The translations under genes and the position numbers were made by a program. Under the pieces are notes generated by a model. It was not told the DNA's origin. It made no database searches and saw only the letters and a program-made list of their open reading frames with translations. DNA of 9,089 nt, taken from the IMG/VR virus record IMGVR_UViG_2667527789_000012. One strand, written 5' to 3'. Shown in pieces: positions 1-8,056 of the stretch (within the stretch, counting starts at the first letter, position 1; each line of letters starts with the position of its first letter). This stretch comes from a virus. Taxonomy: Duplodnaviria > Heunggongvirae > Uroviricota > Caudoviricetes.

Positions 1-1202
<1,202 letters not shown>

Positions 1203-1215
1203 CCTGAACCAGGAA

Positions 1216-2724
1216 TTATTCTTCGGACTGGTCGTCGGTGTGCTGCGGCTCCTGTCGTTTCGTTGCGGCACTACTGCCTCCTTTATCACTGGCCGGATCG
1301 GTATCAAATACCAGATCCAGATTGCGGTTTTCATCAATTTCGGCCTTGCGCCGACGTTTGACATCATCCGGATTACGACCACCAGCACGTACCCAGTCTG
1401 ATTCTGTCGCCGCTCCACCACGAATCTGGATTTTCCAGGCCTCAGCCTCCTTAACAGGGTCAATCCACGGCATCACTGGTCCGGAATACACCGCGGTATA
1501 CAGTGAAGAACGGTCAAGATCGCGGGGTAGCCTGATAACACCGGATGCCACAGCCTGTTTCAGCCATGCACGATACATCGGGCGGGTGACGGCACCAATA
1601 AACCAGTCCTGCAGGATCAGGTAGCCATCAGTGGATTCAACCAGCTCCTGACGCTGGGCGCTGTAAGTGCCGTTATAGTTGCGCGCTGTACTGGAAAAAC
1701 TCAGACGACTGCCCGCCGCCACGGCACGCAACTGACCATTACGAAAAGTTTCAAGGTTAGGATTGGGGCGATCCGACTTCACCATTCCGATTTCTTCGCC
1801 GGGTTTCAGATCGTCGTAAATAATGCCCGGCTGAATGGTAAGCTCACGTTCATTCTCCTTTCTGCCATTACCATCCGGTTCATAGCTCTGCCCGTCGCCT
1901 TTCCGGATGTACATCCCCAGAGCAGCGGCGATCCTTGCTGCAGTCAGCTCAGAATCTTCATATTCTTTCAGGGCACTGAGGCGGATCAGCACACCGGACA
2001 ACAAAGACGTCCCGCGCATCTGGTGCAGACGGCGAACAAATTTAAGATGCAGCATTCGCTCTGCATCCACTTCTTTGGTTTCCATCTGCCGTCCGGATAC
2101 GGGACGGCTTTTATACACCAGATATTTTTCGGGACGCCCCCAGTCATCAACAAACACGCCCTGATTCAGCCTGTTGCTCTCATCACTGGTCATGGGAATA
2201 AAGTCCGGCTCGAGCGCCTCCAGCCAGAAATGAACACCGGCAGAAGGCGCCAGGCTGTTTATGCGCCCGGAAACCATCTGGGCAAACACCTCACCATCGC
2301 GCAGCCAGGTACGAAGCATCAGACGTTCCAGCATCGGACGGGTAAACTGCCCGGTGACTTCCGGGCTGACAGACCATTCACTCCATCGGGTGCGAATCTC
2401 CGCAGCCAGGTCACGGGCAATGGCCCCATTGCGTAATACCGGATGTGGCTCGACAATAATCCCGTTTTTCCCCACCACCCGTTCTTCCAGCTTGTCAAAT
2501 ACACCAATAACCAGATCGTGGTTGTTATCAAGGTAACGGGCCTGCTCACGTAACGACACGGCCCCGTACTGGCTTAACTGGTCGGCAGTTCGGTTCTCCC
2601 GTCGGGCTTTGTGTGTCCGCGTCGTTTTTACGGCCTCATAAGCCTGGATCACCGCACGGGAACGCAGCCTTGCCGCTTTCCATCCTGGTGAAAAAACGCC
2701 AATCACATCATCAAGAATTGCCAT
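1216..2724 (-). CDS. Phage portal protein (lambda gpB-type position and size)
   Basis: 502 codons from the ATG at 2724 (MAILDDVIG...), preceded by GAGG at 5-nt spacing. The ATG overlaps the upstream gene's TGA (TGATG). It sits between the terminase/gpW genes and the protease, as in lambda Nu1-A-W-B-C. Family assignment is by synteny and size, not by a recognised motif. Confidence 0.75.
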   Translation of the reverse strand: MAILDDVIGVFSPGWKAARLRSRAVIQAYEAVKTTRTHKARRENRTADQLSQYGAVSLREQARYLDNNHDLVIGVFDKLEERVVGKNGIIVEPHPVLRNGAIARDLAAEIRTRWSEWSVSPEVTGQFTRPMLERLMLRTWLRDGEVFAQMVSGRINSLAPSAGVHFWLEALEPDFIPMTSDESNRLNQGVFVDDWGRPEKYLVYKSRPVSGRQMETKEVDAERMLHLKFVRRLHQMRGTSLLSGVLIRLSALKEYEDSELTAARIAAALGMYIRKGDGQSYEPDGNGRKENERELTIQPGIIYDDLKPGEEIGMVKSDRPNPNLETFRNGQLRAVAAGSRLSFSSTARNYNGTYSAQRQELVESTDGYLILQDWFIGAVTRPMYRAWLKQAVASGVIRLPRDLDRSSLYTAVYSGPVMPWIDPVKEAEAWKIQIRGGAATESDWVRAGGRNPDDVKRRRKAEIDENRNLDLVFDTDPASDKGGSSAATKRQEPQHTDDQSEE

Positions 2725-2936
2725 CAGAACCTCGCCAGCCGGTACCCGGGATGCCCCCGTCGTCGTGTAATCAGAGCCGCAAGGCGGCGCTCCCACTCCT
2801 GCCGTCCCTGCCGGATCTCAGATAAGTTTTCCATGGTCATCTGCTGACCATTAAAGGTGACGGATTTTCCGTCCAGCACCGCCATTTCAGCTTCCGTATA
2901 ACGCTGAATCATGGCTTCGATATCATTCTGGTTCAT
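2724..2936 (-). CDS. gpW-like head-tail joining (head completion) protein
   Basis: 70 aa, in the position of lambda W between terminase large subunit and portal. The C-terminal ...RRRGHPGY resembles the lambda gpW C-terminus (...RRRGPAGFYV, from memory). Start taken as the ATG at 2936 (GGAGG at 6-nt spacing), overlapping the terminase TGA as ATGA. Confidence 0.65.
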   Translation of the reverse strand: MNQNDIEAMIQRYTEAEMAVLDGKSVTFNGQQMTMENLSEIRQGRQEWERRLAALITRRRGHPGYRLARF

Positions 2937-5032
2937 AACCATCCTCCGGAAGTCAGCCAGGGGTTAACATCGTCAGTTACTGTTTTCTTCCGTTTTTGTT
3001 TTTTAACAGGCGTGGATACCGGTTCCGGTGAGGATGACGGTTCGGTACTGTCCTGGACACACTCCAGCCAGGTCTCCCGGCTCGCCCACTCCGGTGCATC
3101 CGGCCAGCGGATCTTTTCGTATCCATGCAGAATGACCAGAGCCTCGGCATACACCATCAGGTCAAAAGCTTCGTTGGCACCGCGACCCGGCTTACTCCAT
3201 TTCCCGTCACTGCTCCGCTCTTCATACGTCAGTTCGTCGTAAAACCAGCTCCCCAGCCAGTCAGGGAAATGCACATAGCCTGGACCTGGCGAGTCACGCC
3301 ATAACGCGTTATTCACCCGGTCTTTCAGGGCATCCGTCTGAAGAAGCCAGAGCGGCACATCACCTGCGGCCTGCGCCCGGCGGCCCGTTCGTCCGGTGTT
3401 ATCAGGGAATGTACGGCTGATCAGTTTTGCGCGCCGGATGCTGTCACCCTTAAACAGGTAAATACGTTTACCAAGGCCATCACGACGGCAACGACGCCAG
3501 AATTTATAGGCATTATCAGTGACCCCGTCTTCACCGCCGGAGTCCACCGCCATTGCCATCAGTCGCATTTGTTGAGAAGGATCGGAGGCCAGCGGCCAGC
3601 TTTTATGAAAAACATCCGTCAGCAGGACATCCCAGTCTTCCGGATAGCTGGCCGGATCAATTCGCTGGCTCTCCCCGTCGCAGTCACTGCGCAATGACTG
3701 CGTGATGTTGTAACGATCAATAATCCAGCGTTCGCCACGACTGCCATAGCCCGTTACCTGAACCACAAAACGGCGATGACGTCCCGCCTGCACATCCACT
3801 GTCGCCACAAGGAAATTAACGCCATCCGGCACACTGCGGGAAGGAACTGGCTCTGCCCGCTGCTCAAGCAGTTCACTTTTTCGTTGCTCCATGCTGGCAC
3901 GAGGAAGATAAGGCAATCCCCAGTCGGTGTTGATAACCGCCCTGAGTGTTTCTTCGCTTCCTGTCGCTTCATACTCCTGTTCTGCAGTCAGTAATTTGTA
4001 AACCAGTTGCGCCCAGGTCTGATACGCAGCAGCTGGCCCTTCCATCCAGAAACTGGCGATACGGGAGCGGCGCGGTTCACCGGAAACGTTGCCGTTACGA
4101 TCAATGACCTGACCTTCACGCAACCAGACTCCTGCACTATTGAGCTCACGCTTTTTCTCCGCAGTGATAATGCCGCTGCAGTGCGGGCAAAGTAGATACG
4201 CCGCCTCACTGGCTTTAAAGGGATCCGGTTCATTACGGTAGCCGGTCATGGCATCCATGGCTGGCTGAAAATATTCACCGCAGTGCGGACATGACCAGTA
4301 CCAGCGGCGGCGGTCACCACGATTGTAAAGGGAAAGAATACCAGTCGTCGGTGGCGCTTCATGAGGCGACTTACGTCGCCATTTGCTGTCGCAGATGTCA
4401 CGTCCCGGCGAGCTCTCCACCAGAGTCATCCCGGCGGACATAAATGTGGTGGTACGTTTTGAGGCCAGGGAGAAACCATCACCCTCGCTGTCGATATTCT
4501 CCGGAAAACGGTCGTAATCGGTTAAGGCGACAAACCGGTAATCCGACGACGACATAATGTTGACCGAGGGCCAACCAATTTTAAGGAACGAGCCATCCCT
4601 GAACGTCTTATCATGGACATTATTGTCGTTACGACGTGGACTCATTCTTTTCTTTACCGCCGCACTGCTTCTGAACGTTCTGTCGAGGCGCTTTTTAGAA
4701 TGCTCGCGGGCCTTATCTTCGGTCATCTGCACAACGAGCATGTCCGAAGGATCGCAAACGATGGTATAGACAATCCATCCATCGATCAGACCAATGGTCT
4801 TCCCTGTTCGCGCAGGACCAACAAAAATCACCGCATCGTATTCACGCGATGCCAGGCAGTTCATGGGCTCAATGATGTAGGGTGTCAGTTCAGGATCCCA
4901 TGGCACCGAGTTACCAGCCCCCTTGGGAACACGCATGAATTTTTTAACAGCCTCCGAAATCGGCATGCGACGTGGTGGGGAAAATCCTGCCGATATGTCC
5001 CTTCCCAAATTTCGGGCTGATGAAAAACCCAT
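2933..5032 (-). CDS. Terminase large subunit (lambda gpA family)
   Basis: 699 aa with a Walker A P-loop (VGPARTGKT) and paired Cys motifs (CPHCGEYF ... CPHCSG) like the CPHCGEE motif of lambda gpA. An HFPDW... segment near the C-terminus resembles lambda gpA HFPNNPD. Strong AGGAGG RBS 6 nt upstream of the ATG at 5032, immediately downstream of the small terminase gene. Confidence 0.9.
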   Translation of the reverse strand: MGFSSARNLGRDISAGFSPPRRMPISEAVKKFMRVPKGAGNSVPWDPELTPYIIEPMNCLASREYDAVIFVGPARTGKTIGLIDGWIVYTIVCDPSDMLVVQMTEDKAREHSKKRLDRTFRSSAAVKKRMSPRRNDNNVHDKTFRDGSFLKIGWPSVNIMSSSDYRFVALTDYDRFPENIDSEGDGFSLASKRTTTFMSAGMTLVESSPGRDICDSKWRRKSPHEAPPTTGILSLYNRGDRRRWYWSCPHCGEYFQPAMDAMTGYRNEPDPFKASEAAYLLCPHCSGIITAEKKRELNSAGVWLREGQVIDRNGNVSGEPRRSRIASFWMEGPAAAYQTWAQLVYKLLTAEQEYEATGSEETLRAVINTDWGLPYLPRASMEQRKSELLEQRAEPVPSRSVPDGVNFLVATVDVQAGRHRRFVVQVTGYGSRGERWIIDRYNITQSLRSDCDGESQRIDPASYPEDWDVLLTDVFHKSWPLASDPSQQMRLMAMAVDSGGEDGVTDNAYKFWRRCRRDGLGKRIYLFKGDSIRRAKLISRTFPDNTGRTGRRAQAAGDVPLWLLQTDALKDRVNNALWRDSPGPGYVHFPDWLGSWFYDELTYEERSSDGKWSKPGRGANEAFDLMVYAEALVILHGYEKIRWPDAPEWASRETWLECVQDSTEPSSSPEPVSTPVKKQKRKKTVTDDVNPWLTSGGWL

Positions 5033-5040
5033 TATTCCTC

Positions 5041-5568
5041 CTAGAGACTCTCTCCTTCCTCATCAGGAATTAATTCAGCAGCACAAGCCTCGTAGGATTT
5101 TTCCTGAAGAGTGTATCGCAGGTCATCAATGGCCTGCTGTACAACGCCGACGGCCTGAGGAGTCAGGGCGCAATCGCGTTCAAGAACATCCGGAATTGTC
5201 TCCAGAACCTGGACGACAGCCTTTCTCATGGACGAATAGACGATGACTACTTCATCAACGGGGATGAGTTTTCGCTGCTCCTTTTCCAGCTTGATCCTTT
5301 CATTTTCAGATTGGTACCAGTCCTTTCTCTCTTTCGGCTCCATACGGGATGGATCATGAACAGAGTCTGCTGCCTCATGCTTCACACTAAACAGGGCTGG
5401 CCCGACATGCTGCAGGGCGTAAACGGGGTTCCCCCTGATAGTCGCAGCCACAGGAGTGTTGGCCGCGAGGAGCCGTTTTTTTACTGTGTCCCGGTGAAGC
5501 CCAAAGGCCTCAGCGATTTTAAAAACACTCCAGTAATAAGCATCACCGATCCCGCTCACATTTGACAT
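5041..5568 (-). CDS. Terminase small subunit (lambda Nu1-like, N-terminal HTH)
   Basis: Lies directly upstream of the large terminase and about 190 bp downstream of the cos-like block. It has a predicted helix-turn-helix (FKIAEAFGLHRDTVKKRL), a Nu1-like charged middle region (KDWYQSENERIKLEKEQRK) and an acidic C-terminus. Start chosen at the ATG at 5568 (MSNVSG...; GGAG at 6-nt spacing); in-frame ATGs at 5598 and 5580 are alternatives. Confidence 0.75.
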   Translation of the reverse strand: MSNVSGIGDAYYWSVFKIAEAFGLHRDTVKKRLLAANTPVAATIRGNPVYALQHVGPALFSVKHEAADSVHDPSRMEPKERKDWYQSENERIKLEKEQRKLIPVDEVVIVYSSMRKAVVQVLETIPDVLERDCALTPQAVGVVQQAIDDLRYTLQEKSYEACAAELIPDEEGESL

Positions 5569-5688
5569 AAGCAACTCCATCTGGCAGGTGAAAATCATGT
5601 TTATTTATATATTTCAATTAATTGCAAACTGGTCTAATGACAGGGAGAAAAAAATATTGTACAGGTGAAAAGAGAAATAACTTTTAAT

Positions 5689-5701
5689 TATCAATAAATT
5701 A
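5689..5701. promoter_or_regulatory. IHF-like binding site in the cosB position
   Basis: TATCAATAAATTA matches the IHF consensus WATCAAnnnnTTR. It lies in the AT-rich stretch between the cosN-like block and the small terminase start, where lambda has its I1 IHF site. Confidence 0.3.
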
Positions 5702-5744
5702 CCAAACATGCTGCCGCCGCCATGGAAATGCAAAAACTAGCCTT

Positions 5745-5780
5745 TTTCCGCGACGCTCCCGCCCCGTGGCAGGGGCCCCC
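5745..5780 (-). other. cos site core (cosN-like cohesive-end region of a lambda-type packaging site)
   Basis: In gene sense the sequence reads CACGGGGCGGGAGCGTCGCGGAAAAAGGC, closely resembling the lambda left end GGGCGGCGACCTCGCGGGTTTTCGC (recalled). Distance to the Nu1-like start is about 190 bp, as in lambda, with an AT-rich cosB-like stretch in between. Exact nick positions cannot be determined from sequence. Confidence 0.6.
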
Positions 5781-5793
5781 ACCGGGAGGACCC

Positions 5794-5820
5794 GACAGCC
5801 TGACAGCCTGACAGCCGTGA
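5794..5820. repeat. Tandem direct repeat GACAGCCT x3 (third copy degenerate) on the Rz side of cosN
   Basis: GACAGCCTGACAGCCTGACAGCCGTGA read directly, immediately after a GGGGCCCC palindrome (5772-5779). Located where a cosQ-like element or terminase/host-factor sites would be expected. Confidence 0.6.
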
Positions 5821-5952
5821 TGAGCATCTGATACAGCGCTTTACATAATGGCATAGGAATAATTCAGAAGGACATCACAGCATGCCCACACAAATTAGTG
5901 TGAGTGTCCTGTTTCTTCCTACGCACAGGACTGACGAGCATGAGGGGAAAAT

Positions 5953-6120
5953 ATGCGAACCATAAATGCCTCATCTTCAGCAATGCAACCGGCATCCGAA
6001 CAGGACGATATTGTAAATTCACCTAATTACGAGGACATTGCAGTAGTTGAATTGCAGCTCTGTATTAGCCTGACAGTGACAGAATGCGATATTGACTCTG
6101 TCACAGGTGAAATAGTTTGA
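5953..6120 (+). CDS. Hypothetical small acidic protein (55 aa); not in the ORF track
   Basis: ATG at 5953 preceded by GAGGGG at 5-nt spacing, running to TGA at 6118-6120. Translation MRTINASSSAMQPASEQDDIVNSPNYEDIAVVELQLCISLTVTECDIDSVTGEIV has 10 Asp/Glu against 1 Arg. Contains rare codons (CGA, ATA) and no promoter was identified, so coding status is uncertain. Confidence 0.3.
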   Translation: MRTINASSSAMQPASEQDDIVNSPNYEDIAVVELQLCISLTVTECDIDSVTGEIV

Positions 6121-6140
6121 ATGATTAGCAGTTATGGTGC

Positions 6141-6347
6141 TCAGTCAACCACCAGGGAATAATCCTTCGAATTCTTATCGTGCTTCACCAACGCTGCCTC
6201 AATTGCCCTGAATGCTTCCAGAGACACCTGATGTTCTATACATGCAATTACAACATCCGGGTAACTCATAGAAATGGTGCTATTAAGCATATTTTTTACA
6301 CGAATCAGATCCAACGAGAGTTCATCAGCAGATTGTTCTTTATTCAT
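6141..6347 (-). CDS. Hypothetical protein (68 aa), cos-proximal accessory gene
   Basis: ORF with GGAG at 7-nt spacing before the ATG at 6347, convergent with the 55-aa ORF (stops 20 bp apart). No family recognised; possibly the counterpart of a small Qin-prophage gene next to the Nu1 homolog. Confidence 0.5.
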   Translation of the reverse strand: MNKEQSADELSLDLIRVKNMLNSTISMSYPDVVIACIEHQVSLEAFRAIEAALVKHDKNSKDYSLVVD

Positions 6348-6647
6348 TTTGTCGCTCCATGCGTTTGCTCGTCATCTAGCGGTTGAAATATTACTTCAAA
6401 TCTTACTGCATAAAAGAGGAAAAGTATGAAAGTTTGAGTACATCGACCTTACATACATCTGTCGGTTGCATATCCCTCCTGGATGCCAGCAAGGCTCAAT
6501 TTTGTTACGCAATCAACACTATTCATCAAAAACAGGCTTAATATTTGACATAAATCATCAACAAAACACAAAGAGGTCAGACCAGATTGAAACAATAAAC
6601 ACGATAATGCTAACTACGCGCCATCGTATCACATGGAAGGTTTACCA

Positions 6648-7058
6648 ATGGCTCAGGCTGCCATTTTTAAAGAAATATTCGATCAAGTGCGTAAAGATTT
6701 AAACTGTGAATTATTTTATTCTGAGCTAAAACGTCACAATGTCTCACTTTATATTTACTATTTAGCCACAGATAATATTCACATTGTGTTAGAAAACGAC
6801 AACATAGTGTTAGTAAAAGGACTCAAAAAGGTTGTAAATGTTAAATTCTCCAGAAACAAACATCTTATAGAGACCTCCTATAATAAGTTGAAATCAAAAG
6901 AAATCACATTTCAACAATACAGGGAAAATCTTGCTAAAGCAGGAGTTTTCCGATGGGTTACAAATATCCAGGAACACCAAAGATATTACTATGCCTTTGA
7001 TAACTCATTACTATTTACTGAAAGCATCCAGAAAACTACACAGATCTTACCACGCTAA
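6648..7058 (+). CDS. DUF1398-family prophage protein (YdfO/YbcV-like)
   Basis: 136 aa from the ATG at 6648 (GGAAGG about 6 nt upstream; the track ORF begins 5 codons earlier). AT-rich with an internally repeated architecture. It occupies the position of ydfO between the Nu1 homolog and gnsB in Qin. Family assignment is from memory and synteny. Confidence 0.55.
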   Translation: MAQAAIFKEIFDQVRKDLNCELFYSELKRHNVSLYIYYLATDNIHIVLENDNIVLVKGLKKVVNVKFSRNKHLIETSYNKLKSKEITFQQYRENLAKAGVFRWVTNIQEHQRYYYAFDNSLLFTESIQKTTQILPR

Positions 7059-7067
7059 ACCATAACG

Positions 7068-7094
7068 TCCGGCTTCTCTCACTCCTGAGCCGGA
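7068..7094 (+). terminator. Hairpin downstream of the DUF1398 gene (possible weak terminator)
   Basis: TCCGGCT ... AGCCGGA forms a 7-bp stem with a 13-nt loop, 10 nt after the stop at 7056-7058. The following sequence is only modestly U-rich. Confidence 0.3.
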
Positions 7095-7150
7095 CTGCAT
7101 TGGTTTAATAAAAACCATCAACAATTGTGATTTAGATATTCGGAACCATT

Positions 7151-7180
7151 CAAATATAACAAAACCCCGTAAAAACGAGG
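7151..7180 (-). terminator. Rho-independent terminator downstream of the gnsB-like gene
   Basis: Minus-strand sense CCTCGT-TTTT-ACGGGG (5 Watson-Crick pairs plus one G-U) followed by TTTTGTTATATTTG, about 30 nt after the gnsB-like stop. Confidence 0.4.
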
Positions 7181-7209
7181 TTTATGGATAAATTTTATTA
7201 TTGAATACA

Positions 7210-7383
7210 TCAGATTAAATTAATCTTGACATCATAGCTTTCAAGACCCGTCATTTTTTCCCGTGCGGTAAACTGAATACTGGTAACTTCTTTCCCGGTC
7301 TTTTTCTTAAGTTCAATAATTTTTTTTGTTATATATTCAGAAATATCTGCTTCTGCTTTTGTTTTTAAGTTTTCAATATTCAT
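7210..7383 (-). CDS. gnsB: GnsA/GnsB-family protein (57 aa)
   Basis: Not in the ORF track (below length cut-off). Translation MNIENLKTKAEADISEYITKKIIELKKKTGKEVTSIQFTAREKMTGLESYDVKINLI, same length as and close to recalled E. coli GnsA/GnsB (MNIEELKKQAE...KNTGKEV...RFTAREKMTGLESYDVKIKIM). RBS AGAGGAA lies 5 nt before the ATG at 7383. Confidence 0.8.
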   Translation of the reverse strand: MNIENLKTKAEADISEYITKKIIELKKKTGKEVTSIQFTAREKMTGLESYDVKINLI

Positions 7384-7431
7384 CATTTCCTCTTTTAGTC
7401 TGTTATGACTTTCCAGTTACACAGTAAGTCG

Positions 7432-7437
7432 ATTATA
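7432..7437 (-). promoter_or_regulatory. Candidate -10 hexamer (TATAAT) for the gnsB-like gene
   Basis: A perfect TATAAT on the minus strand about 50 nt upstream of the gnsB-like start; the -35 is weak (TTATCT at 17-nt spacing). Confidence 0.3.
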
Positions 7438-7554
7438 TGGTGCAAACGTGTAAAAGATAAGATGAAACATCGCAATAATCAACATACGATAGTCTAAATT
7501 TTACACAAACAGACAAAGAGAATTTTCCTGAATTATCAATACAATAGCATCAAA

Positions 7555-7785
7555 TCAACTCAAGAGCCTTATTGCTGCTTCCAGAATTTCTTCTGAAGTA
7601 ACATGTCGATCCGCGGCTACATAAATGACTTTATGATCTCCGGTCAGAGATGGAAACCCTGCGGCCATTACAGTAAGGTGTGTTTTTTCGCCATTTGGAT
7701 ATTCACGCATGATGGTGTTAACTCCAGTCATCGCTGGCACTACCACTGCTGGTTCAGAGTTAAAAAAAACTATGATTTTTTTCAT
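7555..7785 (-). CDS. Hypothetical small protein (76 aa), YnfN/YmcE-like by position
   Basis: ORF starting at the ATG at 7785 (MKKIIVFFNSEPAVVV...); the track ORF's extra 14 codons begin at a TTG. It sits between cspI and gnsB like ynfN in Qin, and its length equals that of YmcE, the GnsA neighbour. No sequence-level recognition; weak SD. Confidence 0.5.
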   Translation of the reverse strand: MKKIIVFFNSEPAVVVPAMTGVNTIMREYPNGEKTHLTVMAAGFPSLTGDHKVIYVAADRHVTSEEILEAAIRLLS

Positions 7786-7825
7786 GATGTTACCGTAGTA
7801 TGTGAGTATCCATCGAATAGATACC

Positions 7826-7868
7826 AAGCAAAAAAGCTCCCGAAGGAGCCTTCATTTTCACTTTTTTA
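7826..7868 (-). terminator. Rho-independent terminator ending the cspI transcript (hairpin is U-flanked on both strands)
   Basis: Minus-strand sense GCTCC-TTCG-GGAGC followed by TTTTTT. On the plus strand the same stem is followed by CTTCATTTTCACTTTTTT. Confidence 0.5.
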
Positions 7869-8056
7869 AATCCAACGACAGACGGCTGGCATTTAAGTAT
7901 TGTGAAATATTATCAAATGTAATCATCATTGATTTACAAAAGATACATTTTGCCCCGAAAGGATTCATGTCAGAAACATCAAAAGATGATGTTCTATACT
8001 GGGAACCATGACAACACGGGCATCTAAAGTGAATATGGTTTGTAATATTGTCTACC

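Noticed and set aside
1203-1463. N-terminal 87 codons of track ORF 123..1463
   Set aside because: They overlap the portal gene in another frame, are not protein-like (MTLLRRLRPGKSRF...), and the protease domain begins right after the portal stop, so the start was moved to 1202.
2725-2796. N-terminal 24 codons of track ORF 1216..2796 (portal)
   Set aside because: They overlap the gpW-like gene; the ATG at 2724 has a GAGG RBS and a TGATG coupling junction.
3012-5246. ORFs 3012..3242+, 3754..3972-, 3776..3994+, 3988..4233-, 4007..4195+, 4557..4769+, 4613..5020+, 4923..5246+
   Set aside because: They lie inside the large terminase gene on the opposite strand or in alternative frames; the terminase frame has clear motif support.
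5311-5565. Plus-strand ORF antisense to the small terminase
   Set aside because: Entirely inside the Nu1-like gene on the opposite strand, with no start-site signals.
5569-5598. Upstream in-frame ATGs of the small terminase ORF (5598, 5580)
   Set aside because: Neither has an SD, whereas the ATG at 5568 is preceded by GGAG at proper spacing; they remain possible alternatives.
5772-5779. GGGGCCCC palindrome as the actual cosN
   Set aside because: The adjacent block at 5748-5765 matches the lambda cohesive-end sequence much better; the palindrome is treated as a flanking element, but this cannot be settled without end mapping.
6180-6386. Plus-strand 68-aa ORF
   Set aside because: Antisense mirror of the minus-strand 68-aa ORF, with no SD; the minus-strand frame has a good RBS.
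6466-6702. Plus-strand 78-aa ORF in the divergent intergenic region
   Set aside because: Begins at a non-ATG start next to CCTCC (anti-SD-like), runs into the DUF1398 start region in another frame, and has AT-rich low-complexity composition.
7786-7827. TTG-initiated 14-codon extension of the YnfN-like ORF
   Set aside because: A TTG start without RBS; the internal ATG at 7785 gives a typical MKK N-terminus.
7603-7869. Plus-strand 88-aa ORF
   Set aside because: Antisense to the YnfN-like gene and runs through the terminator hairpin.
7861-7968. Minus-strand 36-aa ORF (MNPFGAKCIFCKSMM...) downstream of cspI
   Set aside because: No SD-like sequence upstream; kept only as a note under the 3' UTR finding.
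7802-8011. Plus-strand 69-aa ORF starting at GTG
   Set aside because: Spans the terminator hairpin, has no RBS, and its only internal ATG gives a 14-aa peptide.
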